Shown one piece after another: positions 35,286 to 45,443 of a stretch of DNA of 64,000 bases. Location of the stretch: contig CALQIY020000001.1 in assembly GCA_943330755.2 (NCBI GenBank), forward strand, positions 7,955 through 71,954, given 5' to 3'. The notes under the pieces are model-generated. The model was not told the origin of the DNA and made no database searches. It worked only from the letters and a program-made list of their open reading frames with translations. The stretch comes from Opitutus sp. GAS368 (GTDB taxonomy: Bacteria; Verrucomicrobiota; Verrucomicrobiia; Opitutales; UBA953). Both the position numbers and the translations under genes were made by a program. Numbering within the stretch: position 1 is the stretch's first letter; every line of letters starts with the position of its first letter.

Positions 35286-37933
35286 GCAACTTCCTTGGGG
35301 CAACCCCCCGAGGAACGCAGTCCATCCTTGCCGACCTCCTCGGAGGGCTTTCGCTTCTCGCCGTGGCCCAGGAGACCCCCATGCAGCGTCAGTACCGCGA
35401 GTTCCGAGAGAAGCTCGCGAGCGGGACCATCCTGCTTTTTCGGTTAGGCGATTTCTACGAAGTCTTTGGCGAGGACGCCGAAATCGCCTCCAAGGTCTTG
35501 GGCCTGACGCTGACGAAGCGTCACGAGACGCCCATGGCCGGGCTGCCCTACCATGCGGCTCCCGCCTACGTTAACCGCCTGCTCGCCGCCGGCTGGAAGG
35601 TCGCCATCTGCGATCAACTGGAGGCACCGGTCACGGGCAAGTTGGTCCGTCGCGGCCTCACCCGCATCCTGACGCCGGGGACGGCCTTGGAAGACTCGCA
35701 ACTGGATTCACGCCGCGGGAACTACCTGGCGGCGCTCTCTTGGGATAAGCACGGCTGGCATGCCGCTTGGCTCGACGTATCGACGGCGGACTTCCGCCTC
35801 GCCACCGACCTGACCCCGCAACGCCTCTTGCCTCTGTTGCATTCGGTCGGTCCGCGCGAAGTCATTCTACCCGAAGGGCTGGAACCGCCTGCCGAATTCC
35901 GCGAAGCCTTCGAGGTCTTCATGCAGGGCAGGGCGGTCTCGCGCCTGCCGGGCTGGAACTTCGAAGGGGCCGCGGGCGCTCGCCTGGTCGCCCAGACGCT
36001 CGCCGTGCATGGCTTAGCCGGCTTTGGCCTGACCGATGAACATCCGGCGCTGGGCACCGCGGGCGCCGTGCTGGGCTACGTCACCGACTCGCTCTGCGAC
36101 CGCCCCAAGAACCTCTTCCGCCTGATTGAGGCCAAACTGGGCGCCGCCGTCCTGCTGGACGCCGCGTCCTCGCGCAACCTCGAGCTGTTCGCCGCGACCA
36201 ACGGTTCGCGGGAGACTTCGTTGCTGGAAGCGATCGACAAAACCTCAACCCCGGCCGGTGCGCGCCAATTGGCGATGTGGCTCGCCGAGCCCTCGACCGA
36301 TTTGGCCGTGATCCATGGCCGCCAAGCCGCCGTCGGCGAATTCTTCAAGCATGCGGGGGCGTCGTCGCGGATCGGCGAATCCCTGAAGGGCGTCCGCGAC
36401 GTGCCCCGCATCCTCGCGCGCCTCCAGAACCGCCTCCGCAACCCGCGCGAACTCGGCGGCATCAAGGACACCCTGCAGGCCCTGCCGTTGCTCAAGGAAG
36501 AACTCGCGGCCTTACCCGGCGGCGCCCTGCAGGCCTGTGCGGGGCGCATCTCCCTGGAATCGACCTTGCTGAGCAAACTCACGGCCGCCTTGGCCGAGGA
36601 GCTCCCGGTCGACCTCACCGAAGGCGGGGCGCTCCGCGTCGGGTTCGATGCCGAGCTGGACCGTCTCCGGTCATTGGCGACCGACAGCAAAACCTGGATC
36701 GCCGATTTCGAACGGCAGGAGCAGGCGCGGACCGGCATCAAATCCCTCAAGGTTCGCTATAATGGCGCCTTCGGGTACGCCATTGAGATCACCAAGGCCA
36801 ATTTGGCGGCCGTCCCCGCCGACTACATCCGCAAGCAGACCATGGTGAACGCGGAGCGTTTCACCACGGAGGAACTCCGCGCGAAGGAACGCGAAGTCCT
36901 GCGGGCCGATGAACAGGCCTTGGCCCGCGAGACCGAACTCTTCCAGGCGCTGCTCGCCGAAGTCCTCACGGCGACCGAATCGCTGCTCGCGACGGCCAAC
37001 GCGATCGCCGAAGTCGACATCCTGCGTGGCTGGGCGGAGCTCGCCCGCGAGGCCAACTGGGTGCGCCCGACCGTCGACGACTCCGACGTCCTCGAGATCG
37101 CCCAAGGCCGGCACCCCGTCGTCGAGCGCATGCTGCAGGCCCGCCCGGGCGCTGGCTCGTTTGTACCGAACGACACCCGCCTCAGCAGCAGCGGCGAGCA
37201 GATCGCCTTGCTGACCGGCCCGAACATGGCCGGCAAGTCGACGTACATCCGCCAGGTCGCCTTGATCGCTTTATTGGCCCACCTCGGCTGTTGGGTCCCG
37301 GCGCAGGCCGCGCATATCGGCTTGGTCGATCGCATCTTCTGTCGCGTCGGCGCCTCCGATGAACTCGCCCGCGGCAACTCGACCTTCATGGTCGAGATGA
37401 ACGAGACCTCCAACATCCTCAACAACGCCACGGTGCGCTCGTTGGTCGTCCTCGATGAGATTGGCCGCGGCACCAGCACCTATGACGGCATCAGCATCGC
37501 GTGGGCCGTCGCGGAGCATCTCCATGGGACGGGTCCGGCGGGACCGCGCACGCTCTTCGCGACGCATTACCACGAGTTGACCCAATTGACCGGGCTCCTG
37601 CCACGACTCCGCAATTGGTCGGTCGCCGTGAAGGAGTGGCAGGATGAGATCGTGTTCGTCCGCCGCGTGGTGCCCGGTGCCGCCGATCGTTCCTACGGCA
37701 TCCAAGTGGCCCGCCTCGCCGGCATGCCACCCTCCGTGGTGTCGCGGGCTCGCCACATCTTGTCGGGCTTGGAAACCGGCGCGGGCCTGCCCGTGCAGAA
37801 ATCGGTCGAAATCGCCCAAGTCACGCTGACGCCGCAGGAAGCTGCCCCCAAGAAGCCGGCGGCGGCCCCGAAAGCACCGAAGCCCACGCCGAAGAAGGAC
37901 CCAGCCGGACCTGAACTCGACCTCTTCGGTTGA
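35282..37933 (+). CDS. mutS: DNA mismatch repair protein MutS
   Basis: TPMQRQYREFREK..LLFRLGDFYE, GPNMAGKST and DEIGRGTSTYDG. The start is either GTG 35282 or, fitting family N-termini better, GTG 35363. Confidence 0.95.
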   Translation: MSNFLGATPRGTQSILADLLGGLSLLAVAQETPMQRQYREFREKLASGTILLFRLGDFYEVFGEDAEIASKVLGLTLTKRHETPMAGLPYHAAPAYVNRLLAAGWKVAICDQLEAPVTGKLVRRGLTRILTPGTALEDSQLDSRRGNYLAALSWDKHGWHAAWLDVSTADFRLATDLTPQRLLPLLHSVGPREVILPEGLEPPAEFREAFEVFMQGRAVSRLPGWNFEGAAGARLVAQTLAVHGLAGFGLTDEHPALGTAGAVLGYVTDSLCDRPKNLFRLIEAKLGAAVLLDAASSRNLELFAATNGSRETSLLEAIDKTSTPAGARQLAMWLAEPSTDLAVIHGRQAAVGEFFKHAGASSRIGESLKGVRDVPRILARLQNRLRNPRELGGIKDTLQALPLLKEELAALPGGALQACAGRISLESTLLSKLTAALAEELPVDLTEGGALRVGFDAELDRLRSLATDSKTWIADFERQEQARTGIKSLKVRYNGAFGYAIEITKANLAAVPADYIRKQTMVNAERFTTEELRAKEREVLRADEQALARETELFQALLAEVLTATESLLATANAIAEVDILRGWAELAREANWVRPTVDDSDVLEIAQGRHPVVERMLQARPGAGSFVPNDTRLSSSGEQIALLTGPNMAGKSTYIRQVALIALLAHLGCWVPAQAAHIGLVDRIFCRVGASDELARGNSTFMVEMNETSNILNNATVRSLVVLDEIGRGTSTYDGISIAWAVAEHLHGTGPAGPRTLFATHYHELTQLTGLLPRLRNWSVAVKEWQDEIVFVRRVVPGAADRSYGIQVARLAGMPPSVVSRARHILSGLETGAGLPVQKSVEIAQVTLTPQEAAPKKPAAAPKAPKPTPKKDPAGPELDLFG

Positions 37934-37934
37934 G

Positions 37935-38630
37935 TCAGATGCGCTGATTCCAGTCCGTGGAATTGAACTGGGCCCAGGTTTCCTCGTGGTCGTGCTGGTC
38001 GTAGAGCGGTTCCGTGACGGCGACGGGGGGGCTTTGCAGCACCTTGCCCAGGGCGACGGGGAAATCCTTCTCGAAGCGGTTCCAGTCGCAGCCCGGCAAG
38101 AAGGGGCGCCAGACATAACCTTCCAACAGCAAGCCGTGGCGCGTACGTTTTTGAGCCGCACCGGCGACTTTCCGGCCGTCATCCGACCGGACCAGGTCGT
38201 TGGGCTCAGCCCGTTGGGCGCAATTGTCGGGCGACTGGAAGGGACGCGAACCAGCGGGCAGGGGCGCCAGCTTAACGGGCTGGCCTTGGGCCAAGAGCGC
38301 TTCGGCTAAGGCCAGATGCACCGCCTCATAGCTGGCCATGGCATCGGCTTCGCAGAGCGGGTGACCCGTCGGCAGCACCACCGCAAACGTCCAATCCTCC
38401 AAGTGCGAGACCAACCCGCCACCGGTAGCGCGACGCACCAGCTGAGCGTCAGGGGGAACGAGCGCCCGGTACGTCGCCCACTTCTGCGAGACGCCAAAAG
38501 TATAGGCCGGCAACGACCACGCAAACGGGCGGTAGCGGACGCGCTCGGGGTGTGGATACTTTTCCAGCAAGAGCAGGTCCGCGGCCATGTTGGCGACGGC
38601 ATCGGCAGCCTGGCGGGGAAGGACGTCCAT
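37935..38630 (-). CDS. biotin/lipoate A/B protein ligase family protein (LplA/LipB-like)
   Basis: RRATGGGLVSHLEDWTFAVV and KVAGAAQKRTRHGLLLEG match the lipoate-ligase catalytic core. Confidence 0.7.
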   Translation of the reverse strand: MDVLPRQAADAVANMAADLLLLEKYPHPERVRYRPFAWSLPAYTFGVSQKWATYRALVPPDAQLVRRATGGGLVSHLEDWTFAVVLPTGHPLCEADAMASYEAVHLALAEALLAQGQPVKLAPLPAGSRPFQSPDNCAQRAEPNDLVRSDDGRKVAGAAQKRTRHGLLLEGYVWRPFLPGCDWNRFEKDFPVALGKVLQSPPVAVTEPLYDQHDHEETWAQFNSTDWNQRI

Positions 38631-38631
38631 C

Positions 38632-39597
38632 TCAGAAGTCTATGCCTTTTTCCAACAAACGCACGACCTTTCGGCCCGTGGCCTGCTCGTACCATGTTTC
38701 GGTGCCACGGGGGATGCGCAGTTCGTTCAACTGATCCGCAAAGGGCTGAGCGGGGGTCCGCAGCTTGCCCGCGAGCGGGTGCAGCTGCAGGCTTAAATCA
38801 CGCGGGCGGGGACCGAGTTGCGGCACGTCGCTCCGTTGCGCCGCCCGGATGAGTTTCTCGGGGTCGAGCCCGAAGTGTTCGGCCACCTTCACGCCCATCT
38901 CGAAACGACTCAGGGGCTCGAGGCCAGCCCAGTGGTAAACGCCCGAGAGGTTGGGGCGCTCGCAAAGTTCCACCGCGGCGTCGGCGAGGTTGCTCAAGCT
39001 GACGGGTTGCCGGATCTCGTCGGTGAACAGCGGCGTCTGCTTGCCGGCGGCCCAATCCTTGAAGAGGCGTTCGTGGAGACCACGATCGCCCGTGCCGGAA
39101 TTGCCGTTGAGCAAAGTGGTCCGAATCACCGCCGCGTGCTCGCGGCCGTACTTGAGGACTTCGACTTCGCCGGCCGCCTTGGTGCGACCATAGAGATGCA
39201 ACGGAGCGGGCGCCGCCGTATTCCCGTACCGTCCGGCCTCGCCATCGAAGACCATGTCGGTGGAAAGATGGATGCACTTGGCGCCGACGTGAAAGGAAAG
39301 CTGCGCCAAGCGGCGGGGGAGATCGACGTTCAACGCTTCCGCCTTTTCCGGCTCGCGGTCGCAGCCATCGATGGTCGCGAGGGCGGCGCAGTTGATCACG
39401 GCCTGCGGAAACTCCTCGAGCATGAGGGACTGCACGGCCGCGATATCGCGGAGGTCCATCGTGATCGAGCGCCGAAGGTCGGGTACGACCGCCGCCTTGG
39501 AACCACCGATGGCCAGGACATCATGCCCACGGCGCAACGCCGCCAAAACGACCTCGCGGCCGGCGAAACCATTGGCACCTGTGACGATCATCCGCAT
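38632..39597 (-). CDS. SDR-family NAD(P)-dependent reductase (dTDP-4-dehydrorhamnose reductase/RmlD-like)
   Basis: IVTGANGFAGREV Rossmann motif and an RmlD-like substrate-binding domain. Confidence 0.75.
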   Translation of the reverse strand: MRMIVTGANGFAGREVVLAALRRGHDVLAIGGSKAAVVPDLRRSITMDLRDIAAVQSLMLEEFPQAVINCAALATIDGCDREPEKAEALNVDLPRRLAQLSFHVGAKCIHLSTDMVFDGEAGRYGNTAAPAPLHLYGRTKAAGEVEVLKYGREHAAVIRTTLLNGNSGTGDRGLHERLFKDWAAGKQTPLFTDEIRQPVSLSNLADAAVELCERPNLSGVYHWAGLEPLSRFEMGVKVAEHFGLDPEKLIRAAQRSDVPQLGPRPRDLSLQLHPLAGKLRTPAQPFADQLNELRIPRGTETWYEQATGRKVVRLLEKGIDF

Positions 39598-39693
39598 CGC
39601 GGCAAAAGTAGCGTTTGCGGGCTCGGAGGCAAGCGGGGAGGGTGTGGCTCACGCTTGCCAAAGCGGTCAGGAGCAGCCTTGATAGCCACTTCC

Positions 39694-40782
39694 ATGCCGA
39701 CTTATTCCGAATTGGCCAATCGGCCCGTCCTGTCGCAGCCCGTCTATGAGGCCGGCCGTCCCATCGAGGTCGTGGCCCGCGAGTTTGGCTTGGACCCGGC
39801 ATCGGTCATCAAGCTGGCTTCCAACGAGAACCCCCTGGGGCCATCCCCGAAAGGCTTGGCCGCCGCCCAGAAGGCCTTGCAGGTCTGCCATCTCTACCCC
39901 GACGGCGGCTGCACGTTCCTCCGCGAGAAGTTGGCGTCGCACTGGGCGATGAAGCCCGAGAATTTCGTCGTCGGCAATGGCTCCAACGAAGTGATGATCC
40001 TGCTCGCCCAGGCCTTCCTTCGCGCGGGCGACGAAGTCGTCTTCGGTTCGCAAGCCTTCATCGTCTACAAGCTCGCGACGATGCTCTTCGGCGCCACGCC
40101 CGTGGAAGTGCCGATGCCGGGCTACCGGCACGACCTCAAAGCCCTCCGCGCCGCCGTCACCGACCGGACTCGCCTCGTCTTCCTCGCCAGTCCCAACAAC
40201 CCCACCGGCGGCACCGACGACCCCAAGGACATCATCGCCCTGGCGGAATCCTTGCCGGAACACGTCATCTTCTGCCTCGATGAGGCCTACGCCGAATACC
40301 TCGACGCCTCGGCTGACCTTCGGCCCCTCATCGCATCCGGCCGCAAGGTGGTGGTCTCGCGAACCTTCTCCAAAGCCTATGGCTTGGCTGGCTTGCGCGT
40401 CGGCTACATGATGGGTTCCGCCGAAGTCATCGGCCTGCTCAACCGCGTCCGCCAACCGTTCAACGTCAACCTACCGGCCTTGGCCGCCGCCGAAGCCGCC
40501 CTCGACGACACCGAGTTTGTCCAGCGCACCCGACAGGTGAACGCCGCCGGCTTGGCGCAATTGGCCGCGGGTCTCTCCGCCTTGGGTTACGAGTACATCG
40601 ACGGCAAAGCCAACTTCTTGGCGGCCAAGATACCCGACGCCGACGCCGTCTTCACCCGCCTCCAAAAGGCCGGCGTCATCGTCCGACCGCTCCGTGGCTA
40701 CGGCATGGTCGGCTGGTTGCGGCTCACCGTGGGGACGACCGCCCAAAACGCCCGCCTGCTGGCGGAGCTGGCCCAACGCTGA
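39694..40782 (+). CDS. hisC: histidinol-phosphate aminotransferase
   Basis: KLASNENPLGPSP and the PLP-lysine SRTFSKAYGLAGLRVGY. The track ORF from 38818 is antisense to the RmlD-like gene, so it is trimmed to ATG 39694. Confidence 0.9.
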   Translation: MPTYSELANRPVLSQPVYEAGRPIEVVAREFGLDPASVIKLASNENPLGPSPKGLAAAQKALQVCHLYPDGGCTFLREKLASHWAMKPENFVVGNGSNEVMILLAQAFLRAGDEVVFGSQAFIVYKLATMLFGATPVEVPMPGYRHDLKALRAAVTDRTRLVFLASPNNPTGGTDDPKDIIALAESLPEHVIFCLDEAYAEYLDASADLRPLIASGRKVVVSRTFSKAYGLAGLRVGYMMGSAEVIGLLNRVRQPFNVNLPALAAAEAALDDTEFVQRTRQVNAAGLAQLAAGLSALGYEYIDGKANFLAAKIPDADAVFTRLQKAGVIVRPLRGYGMVGWLRLTVGTTAQNARLLAELAQR

Positions 40783-40783
40783 G

Positions 40784-41179
40784 ATGGATTTCGAAGACGC
40801 CATCCGGCAGGTCCGCGAGAAGGACCAGCGGTACAGCCCGCAAGCCTACGACTTGGTCCGCCTCAGCCTCGACCACGCCCAGAAGATCGTCCACGGCGAA
40901 CCCAAGAAAGGGAAGCCCTTGGTCAATCGGCACGTCACGGGACCGCAATTGCTCGAAGGGTTCCGGCAACACGTCCTCGAAACCTATGGCCCCATGTCCT
41001 ACCAGTTGCTCAGCAATTGGGGGCTCAAGAAGACGGAGGACGTCGGCAACATCGTCTTCAACATCATCAGCACCGGGCTGTTCGGTCGCTCCGAAGAGGA
41101 CAACCTGGAAGACTTCGGTGGCGTCTACGACTTCAAGGAAACCTTCCTGAAACCGTTCGACCCCAAGACGAAGGCCTGA
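40784..41179 (+). CDS. conserved hypothetical protein
   Basis: 131 aa, with the ATG 1 nt after the hisC stop and normal composition. It resembles small proteins restricted to Planctomycetes/Verrucomicrobia, but I cannot name the family with confidence. Confidence 0.55.
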   Translation: MDFEDAIRQVREKDQRYSPQAYDLVRLSLDHAQKIVHGEPKKGKPLVNRHVTGPQLLEGFRQHVLETYGPMSYQLLSNWGLKKTEDVGNIVFNIISTGLFGRSEEDNLEDFGGVYDFKETFLKPFDPKTKA

Positions 41180-42235
41180 TCAGGCGTTCACGAAGGCGAG
41201 GGTTTTGACCTCCGTGCAGCCGGGCAATTCGCGGATCTTGGCCAGGAGGGAACGTTCGTGGAAGCGAAGCTCCGACTTGATGACCGAGTTCTCGCATTGA
41301 ATCACGAGCCGGCCGCCATCGACCATCTTCAGAGGCGCCGTGCGTCGCGCCAGCTTCATCGGCAGCAGCTCGCTCCAGTGGGCGATGATGACATCCTCCG
41401 GGACCGGCTTATCGAGCCGCATCTTCTTGAAGGCCTCGCCCATCGCCTCATCCAACGTCTTCAATTCGCGGTCCGTGGAACGACCACGGTCCTCCGGGAC
41501 CCCGCGAAGGTTCGCGAGCAGGTTGACGACGTGGCGCGAGAACTTCCCCTTGGTCTTGCCTTCGGTCAGCAGCGCTTGAATCAGCTTCGGGACTTCCGCC
41601 AGCCGTTCCGCACGGAGGCACTTTTCGGGCGCATGGCGCCCACCGACAATCACGCCAACCGCGCCGGCATTACGTGGGCCTTCGCCGTCCTCGACGGGAC
41701 TATCCCCGACATGCACCAGCGCCGTCAAAGCCACGCCAAGGCTTCGGGCCGCATGGGCGTAGGCTCGGGCGTCAGGCTTCGCGCAACCGATCTCCTCCGA
41801 GAGGTAGATGCCGTCGAAATGGCGCGCGAGGCCCTTTTGCTCCAGCACCTGGCGCATGCGGACATCGGCATTCGACAAGACGGCCACCTTGATGCCCAGG
41901 AATTTCAGGGCCCCCAGCACGCTGACCATCCCCAGGGCGACGCGCCAAGCCTTGGCGTCGGCAAAGGCGTGCCAACATTCCTTGAAAACCGCGTCGGCCC
42001 GGGAGGCGGGCAGGTGGGAACCAAAGGTACGCTCCACCACCTCGCGCCAAAAGGCCTCCGCTTTCGCCTGCTTATTGGCCGAGCGCAAAGCCGAAGCAAA
42101 CGCACCCTCCAACTCTGCGGCATCGACTTCAATGCCATGCTTCCGTGCGCAGGCGGAATACACCGCCCCCACCGAGGGATGGGGAAAGAGGACCGTCCCG
42201 GCCAAATCGAAGGTGACGGCCTTTACGCTAGCCAT
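41180..42235 (-). CDS. HAD-IA hydrolase fused to a C-terminal DUF721/DciA-like domain
   Basis: HAD motifs FDLAGTV, VLSNAD, GCAKPD and HVGDSPVEDGEG. The C-terminal region IIAHWSELLP..GGRLVIQCENSVIKSELRFHERSLLAKI is DUF721-like. It is a single uninterrupted frame from ATG 42235 (a GTG lies at 42250). Confidence 0.7.
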   Translation of the reverse strand: MASVKAVTFDLAGTVLFPHPSVGAVYSACARKHGIEVDAAELEGAFASALRSANKQAKAEAFWREVVERTFGSHLPASRADAVFKECWHAFADAKAWRVALGMVSVLGALKFLGIKVAVLSNADVRMRQVLEQKGLARHFDGIYLSEEIGCAKPDARAYAHAARSLGVALTALVHVGDSPVEDGEGPRNAGAVGVIVGGRHAPEKCLRAERLAEVPKLIQALLTEGKTKGKFSRHVVNLLANLRGVPEDRGRSTDRELKTLDEAMGEAFKKMRLDKPVPEDVIIAHWSELLPMKLARRTAPLKMVDGGRLVIQCENSVIKSELRFHERSLLAKIRELPGCTEVKTLAFVNA

Positions 42236-42389
42236 GGCAGCGGGATGCACACCGAACGGCGATCGGAGGCAGGAATGGCGGGACGGGAATTCATCGAAAA
42301 TGCAGGGAAGGCGGCGATTGGGGATGCCCCCCAGGTACCACCATCATGTCCCTGCTTGTCTAATCGCCAACCCAAGTCATAAACAAGTT

Positions 42390-42845
42390 ATGCACCTACC
42401 CCGCCTAGCCCTGCTGACCATTCTCGGACTCTCCGCCCTCGCCACCGTTGGCTGCAATACCGCAACCCCCGCGGCCCACGGCCCGGTCTCCAAGGTCTTC
42501 GTCCGCGACGTCGCCGCCTCTTCCTTGCACGCCACCGATATCCTCGCCAACGCGGTCCACGATGCCGGGGTCCGAGCGCTGTCGGCCCAAGGCTTCACCG
42601 TCGTCGCGACCGAAGGCGAAGCGGACGCCGTGCTGCGCAGCAGCTGGCAAACCCAGAAGAGCACCGACAACCGCTCGGACATCCCCAAAGTCAGCCTCTC
42701 GCTTTCGCTTTTCGACAAGTCCAACCATCGTCTGTTTGATGGCAATTCCGGCCCAGCGGTCGCGGCCAACTTCTGGAACGAGGGTCGCGCCACCGCCGAG
42801 GTGACCTCGATCCTCAAGGGCCTCCAGGCTCCGGCGAAGAAGTAA
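42390..42845 (+). CDS. lipoprotein, function unknown
   Basis: Signal peptide plus lipobox MHLPRLALLTILGLSALATVGC. The upstream part of the track ORF is antisense to the HAD gene. Confidence 0.65.
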   Translation: MHLPRLALLTILGLSALATVGCNTATPAAHGPVSKVFVRDVAASSLHATDILANAVHDAGVRALSAQGFTVVATEGEADAVLRSSWQTQKSTDNRSDIPKVSLSLSLFDKSNHRLFDGNSGPAVAANFWNEGRATAEVTSILKGLQAPAKK

Positions 42846-43757
42846 TCAACGGGCCCTCAGCCGCGCCTCGATCTCCTGCTTGAGCAGCGAGAGCTCGGGC
42901 ATCTTGGCGCCGGCGGCCAAGCCGCGTTGGAGCGGCTCCCCCCAGATACCGCCGACCTCGACCTCTCGCCCTGCCAGGTAATCGATCAGACTGGAAGGGC
43001 GATAGGGCCCCATGCCCTCGGTGACCTCCATTTGGACCTGCAGGTGCTTTTCGGTGACGATGTGCCCCCGCATGGCCGCCGCGGCACGCACCTCTTCCAT
43101 GAGGCGGCGGGCCCGGGCCTTCAGCGCCGGATCGGCGAGGATCAAGTCCGTCGTGATGCCGCCCGCCGCGATGGCCAAACCATTGAAAGGGATATTCCAG
43201 CAGAGCTTCTTCCAGAGGACGGCTTCCAAGGAGTCCTCCGCCCGACAGTCGACGCCCGCGGCCTTGAACGCCTCGACGCACTGGGTGACCGCCGGGTTAA
43301 TCGGGCCTTCGGCGGCGGCCATCCGGACATAGCCCGCATGGGTATTGGAAACGATGCCTGGCTCGACGCGGTTGATGCATACGAAACACAAGCCCGCTAC
43401 CACCCGAGCGAGCGGCACGACCGCGCGGAAGGCTTCGACGTTACCCATGCCGTTCTGCAACGTGAGCAAGCGCGTGTGCGGACCGACCAACGGACGCACC
43501 AAGTCCGGCAAGACCGCGTTGGCCGTCGCCTTCGCGGCCACGACGATGAGGTCGCACGGACCAAGACCCGCGCCGCTCGGCGAAGCCGAGGCGAAGCGCA
43601 CCGTCCGTTCGCCGTCTCGGCCGCGCATGACCAAGCCGCGCCGGGCGAGCACTGCGTGATCGCTGCGGCTGAGCGCGTGCACCTCGTGGCCCGCCAAAGC
43701 CAAAAGACCTCCATACCAACCGCCCACCGCGCCCGCACCGACGATCGCAACCTTCAT
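42846..43757 (-). CDS. panE: 2-dehydropantoate 2-reductase
   Basis: MKVAIVGAGAVGGWYGG Rossmann motif and the ApbA/PanE C-terminal domain. ATGA overlap with the nadB stop. Confidence 0.85.
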   Translation of the reverse strand: MKVAIVGAGAVGGWYGGLLALAGHEVHALSRSDHAVLARRGLVMRGRDGERTVRFASASPSGAGLGPCDLIVVAAKATANAVLPDLVRPLVGPHTRLLTLQNGMGNVEAFRAVVPLARVVAGLCFVCINRVEPGIVSNTHAGYVRMAAAEGPINPAVTQCVEAFKAAGVDCRAEDSLEAVLWKKLCWNIPFNGLAIAAGGITTDLILADPALKARARRLMEEVRAAAAMRGHIVTEKHLQVQMEVTEGMGPYRPSSLIDYLAGREVEVGGIWGEPLQRGLAAGAKMPELSLLKQEIEARLRAR

Positions 43758-45364
43758 GGCCGGCTCTGCGGACGGCGGACGGAAGTATGGCGGGCCTCCG
43801 GCCGTTTGCTTGGGTAATCCAAAGTGAAGTGCAACCCGCGGCTTTCGTGCCGCTGGAGCGCGCAATCGATGATCAAGTCCGCGACTTGGATGAGGTTACG
43901 CAACTCCAACAGACGCGGTTCCACGCGGAAATTCCAATAGTACTCGCGAACCTCGTCGGCCAAGGTGCCAATGCGGGTGCGCGCCCGTTGCAGGCGCTTG
44001 GTCGAGCGCACGATGCCGACATAATCCCACATCGTTCGACGCAGCTCATCCCAGTTATGCGTGAGGACGACGCGCTCATCGGGATCGCCGGCGGAACCGT
44101 CCACCCAGGCCGGCAAGGGGAGGGCGGGGCGGGGCGCCTCCCGGATGTCCGCCTCGGCCGCCAAAGCCCCGTCATGGGCGAGCACGACGGCTTCCAGGAG
44201 AGAATTGGAGGCTAACCGATTGGCGCCATGCAGGCCGGTGCAGGCGACCTCGCCAACCGCAAAGAGGCCGCGGATGGTCGTCTGACCGCGCAGGTCGGTG
44301 GCGACGCCCCCGCAGAGGTAGTGGGCCGCCGGGACAACCGGGATCGCCTGGGTCGCCAAGTCGAAACCCGCCTTGCGGCAGGTCTCATAGATGTGCGGAA
44401 AGCGGTCGGGCAGATGCCCCGGCGCGACTTGGGTGGCATCCAAAAGCACATGCGGTGAACCATCGCGCTTCATCACCGAGTCGATGGCACGCGCCACGAT
44501 GTCGCGCGGAGCCAAGTCGCCGAGGGGGTGGAAATCCTTCATGAAGGCGCGGCCCGAAAGGTCGCGCAGGATGGCACCTTCGCCACGCACGGCTTCCGAA
44601 ATCAAAGCCCGACTGCCGTCGGGAGCCTTCAGCGCCGTGGGGTGAAACTGCACCATCTCCATGTCCCGGACCTCGGCCCCGGCACGGTAAGCCATGGCGA
44701 TACCGTCGCCGGTCGCGATATCGGGATTGGTCGTGAACTGGTAGACTTGCCCGAGGCCACCGGTCGCTAGGATGACCGTGAAAGCCGAGAGCGTTTCGAC
44801 CCGACCCGCTTGGGTGTTCAGGACATGCAAACCATAGACGCGGTCGTCGACCGAGCCGACCTGACAGCCACCCAGTTTGGCGTTCGTCAATAGATCGACG
44901 GCGAGATGGTGTTCCAACATCTTCACCTTCGGCTGGCGGGCGACGGCCCGGAGGAGGGCGGATTCGATCGCCCGTCCGGTCATGTCGCGCGCGTGCAAGA
45001 TACGACGCTTCGAGTGACCACCTTCGCGCCCCAAGTCGGGCCGACCATCGGTGCCGTTCTCGAACTCGACGCCCCAAGCGATGAGTTCCGCCACCCGCGC
45101 GGGACCGGCTTCGATGATATGACGCACGGCCTCCAAATCACAGAGCCCATCGCCGGCGGTGAGCGTATCCTGCACGTGGCTCTGGAAATCGTCGGCTTGA
45201 TCGGTGACGCAAGCGATCCCGCCTTGGGCCCAATTGGTGTTGGACTCCGAGCTCGTCTTCTTCGTCACGATGGCAACGGAGTGACCGCGGTTAGCCAAAT
45301 TCAGCGCGAAACTAAGCCCGCCAATCCCACTCCCTACGACAATGGCGTCAAAATGCGGGGTCAT
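43754..45364 (-). CDS. nadB: L-aspartate oxidase
   Basis: FDAIVVGSGIGGLSFAL, succinate dehydrogenase/fumarate reductase-type flavoprotein core, HYLCGGV. Trimmed to ATG 45364. Confidence 0.93.
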   Translation of the reverse strand: MTPHFDAIVVGSGIGGLSFALNLANRGHSVAIVTKKTSSESNTNWAQGGIACVTDQADDFQSHVQDTLTAGDGLCDLEAVRHIIEAGPARVAELIAWGVEFENGTDGRPDLGREGGHSKRRILHARDMTGRAIESALLRAVARQPKVKMLEHHLAVDLLTNAKLGGCQVGSVDDRVYGLHVLNTQAGRVETLSAFTVILATGGLGQVYQFTTNPDIATGDGIAMAYRAGAEVRDMEMVQFHPTALKAPDGSRALISEAVRGEGAILRDLSGRAFMKDFHPLGDLAPRDIVARAIDSVMKRDGSPHVLLDATQVAPGHLPDRFPHIYETCRKAGFDLATQAIPVVPAAHYLCGGVATDLRGQTTIRGLFAVGEVACTGLHGANRLASNSLLEAVVLAHDGALAAEADIREAPRPALPLPAWVDGSAGDPDERVVLTHNWDELRRTMWDYVGIVRSTKRLQRARTRIGTLADEVREYYWNFRVEPRLLELRNLIQVADLIIDCALQRHESRGLHFTLDYPSKRPEARHTSVRRPQSRP

Positions 45365-45443
45365 GAAGGTTCGGAACGTAGGGTTAGTCGGAGTGTGAAC
45401 AAGCGGATTTGACTGTTTTCGGAACATTCCATACGCCTGCAGG

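Noticed and set aside
39628-39659. 8-bp inverted repeat GGCAAGCG..CGCTTGCC in the divergent RmlD-like/hisC spacer. I checked it as a possible his attenuator.
   Set aside because: It has no U-tract, no leader peptide with His codons and no T-box features. Only one copy is present, so it stays unassigned.
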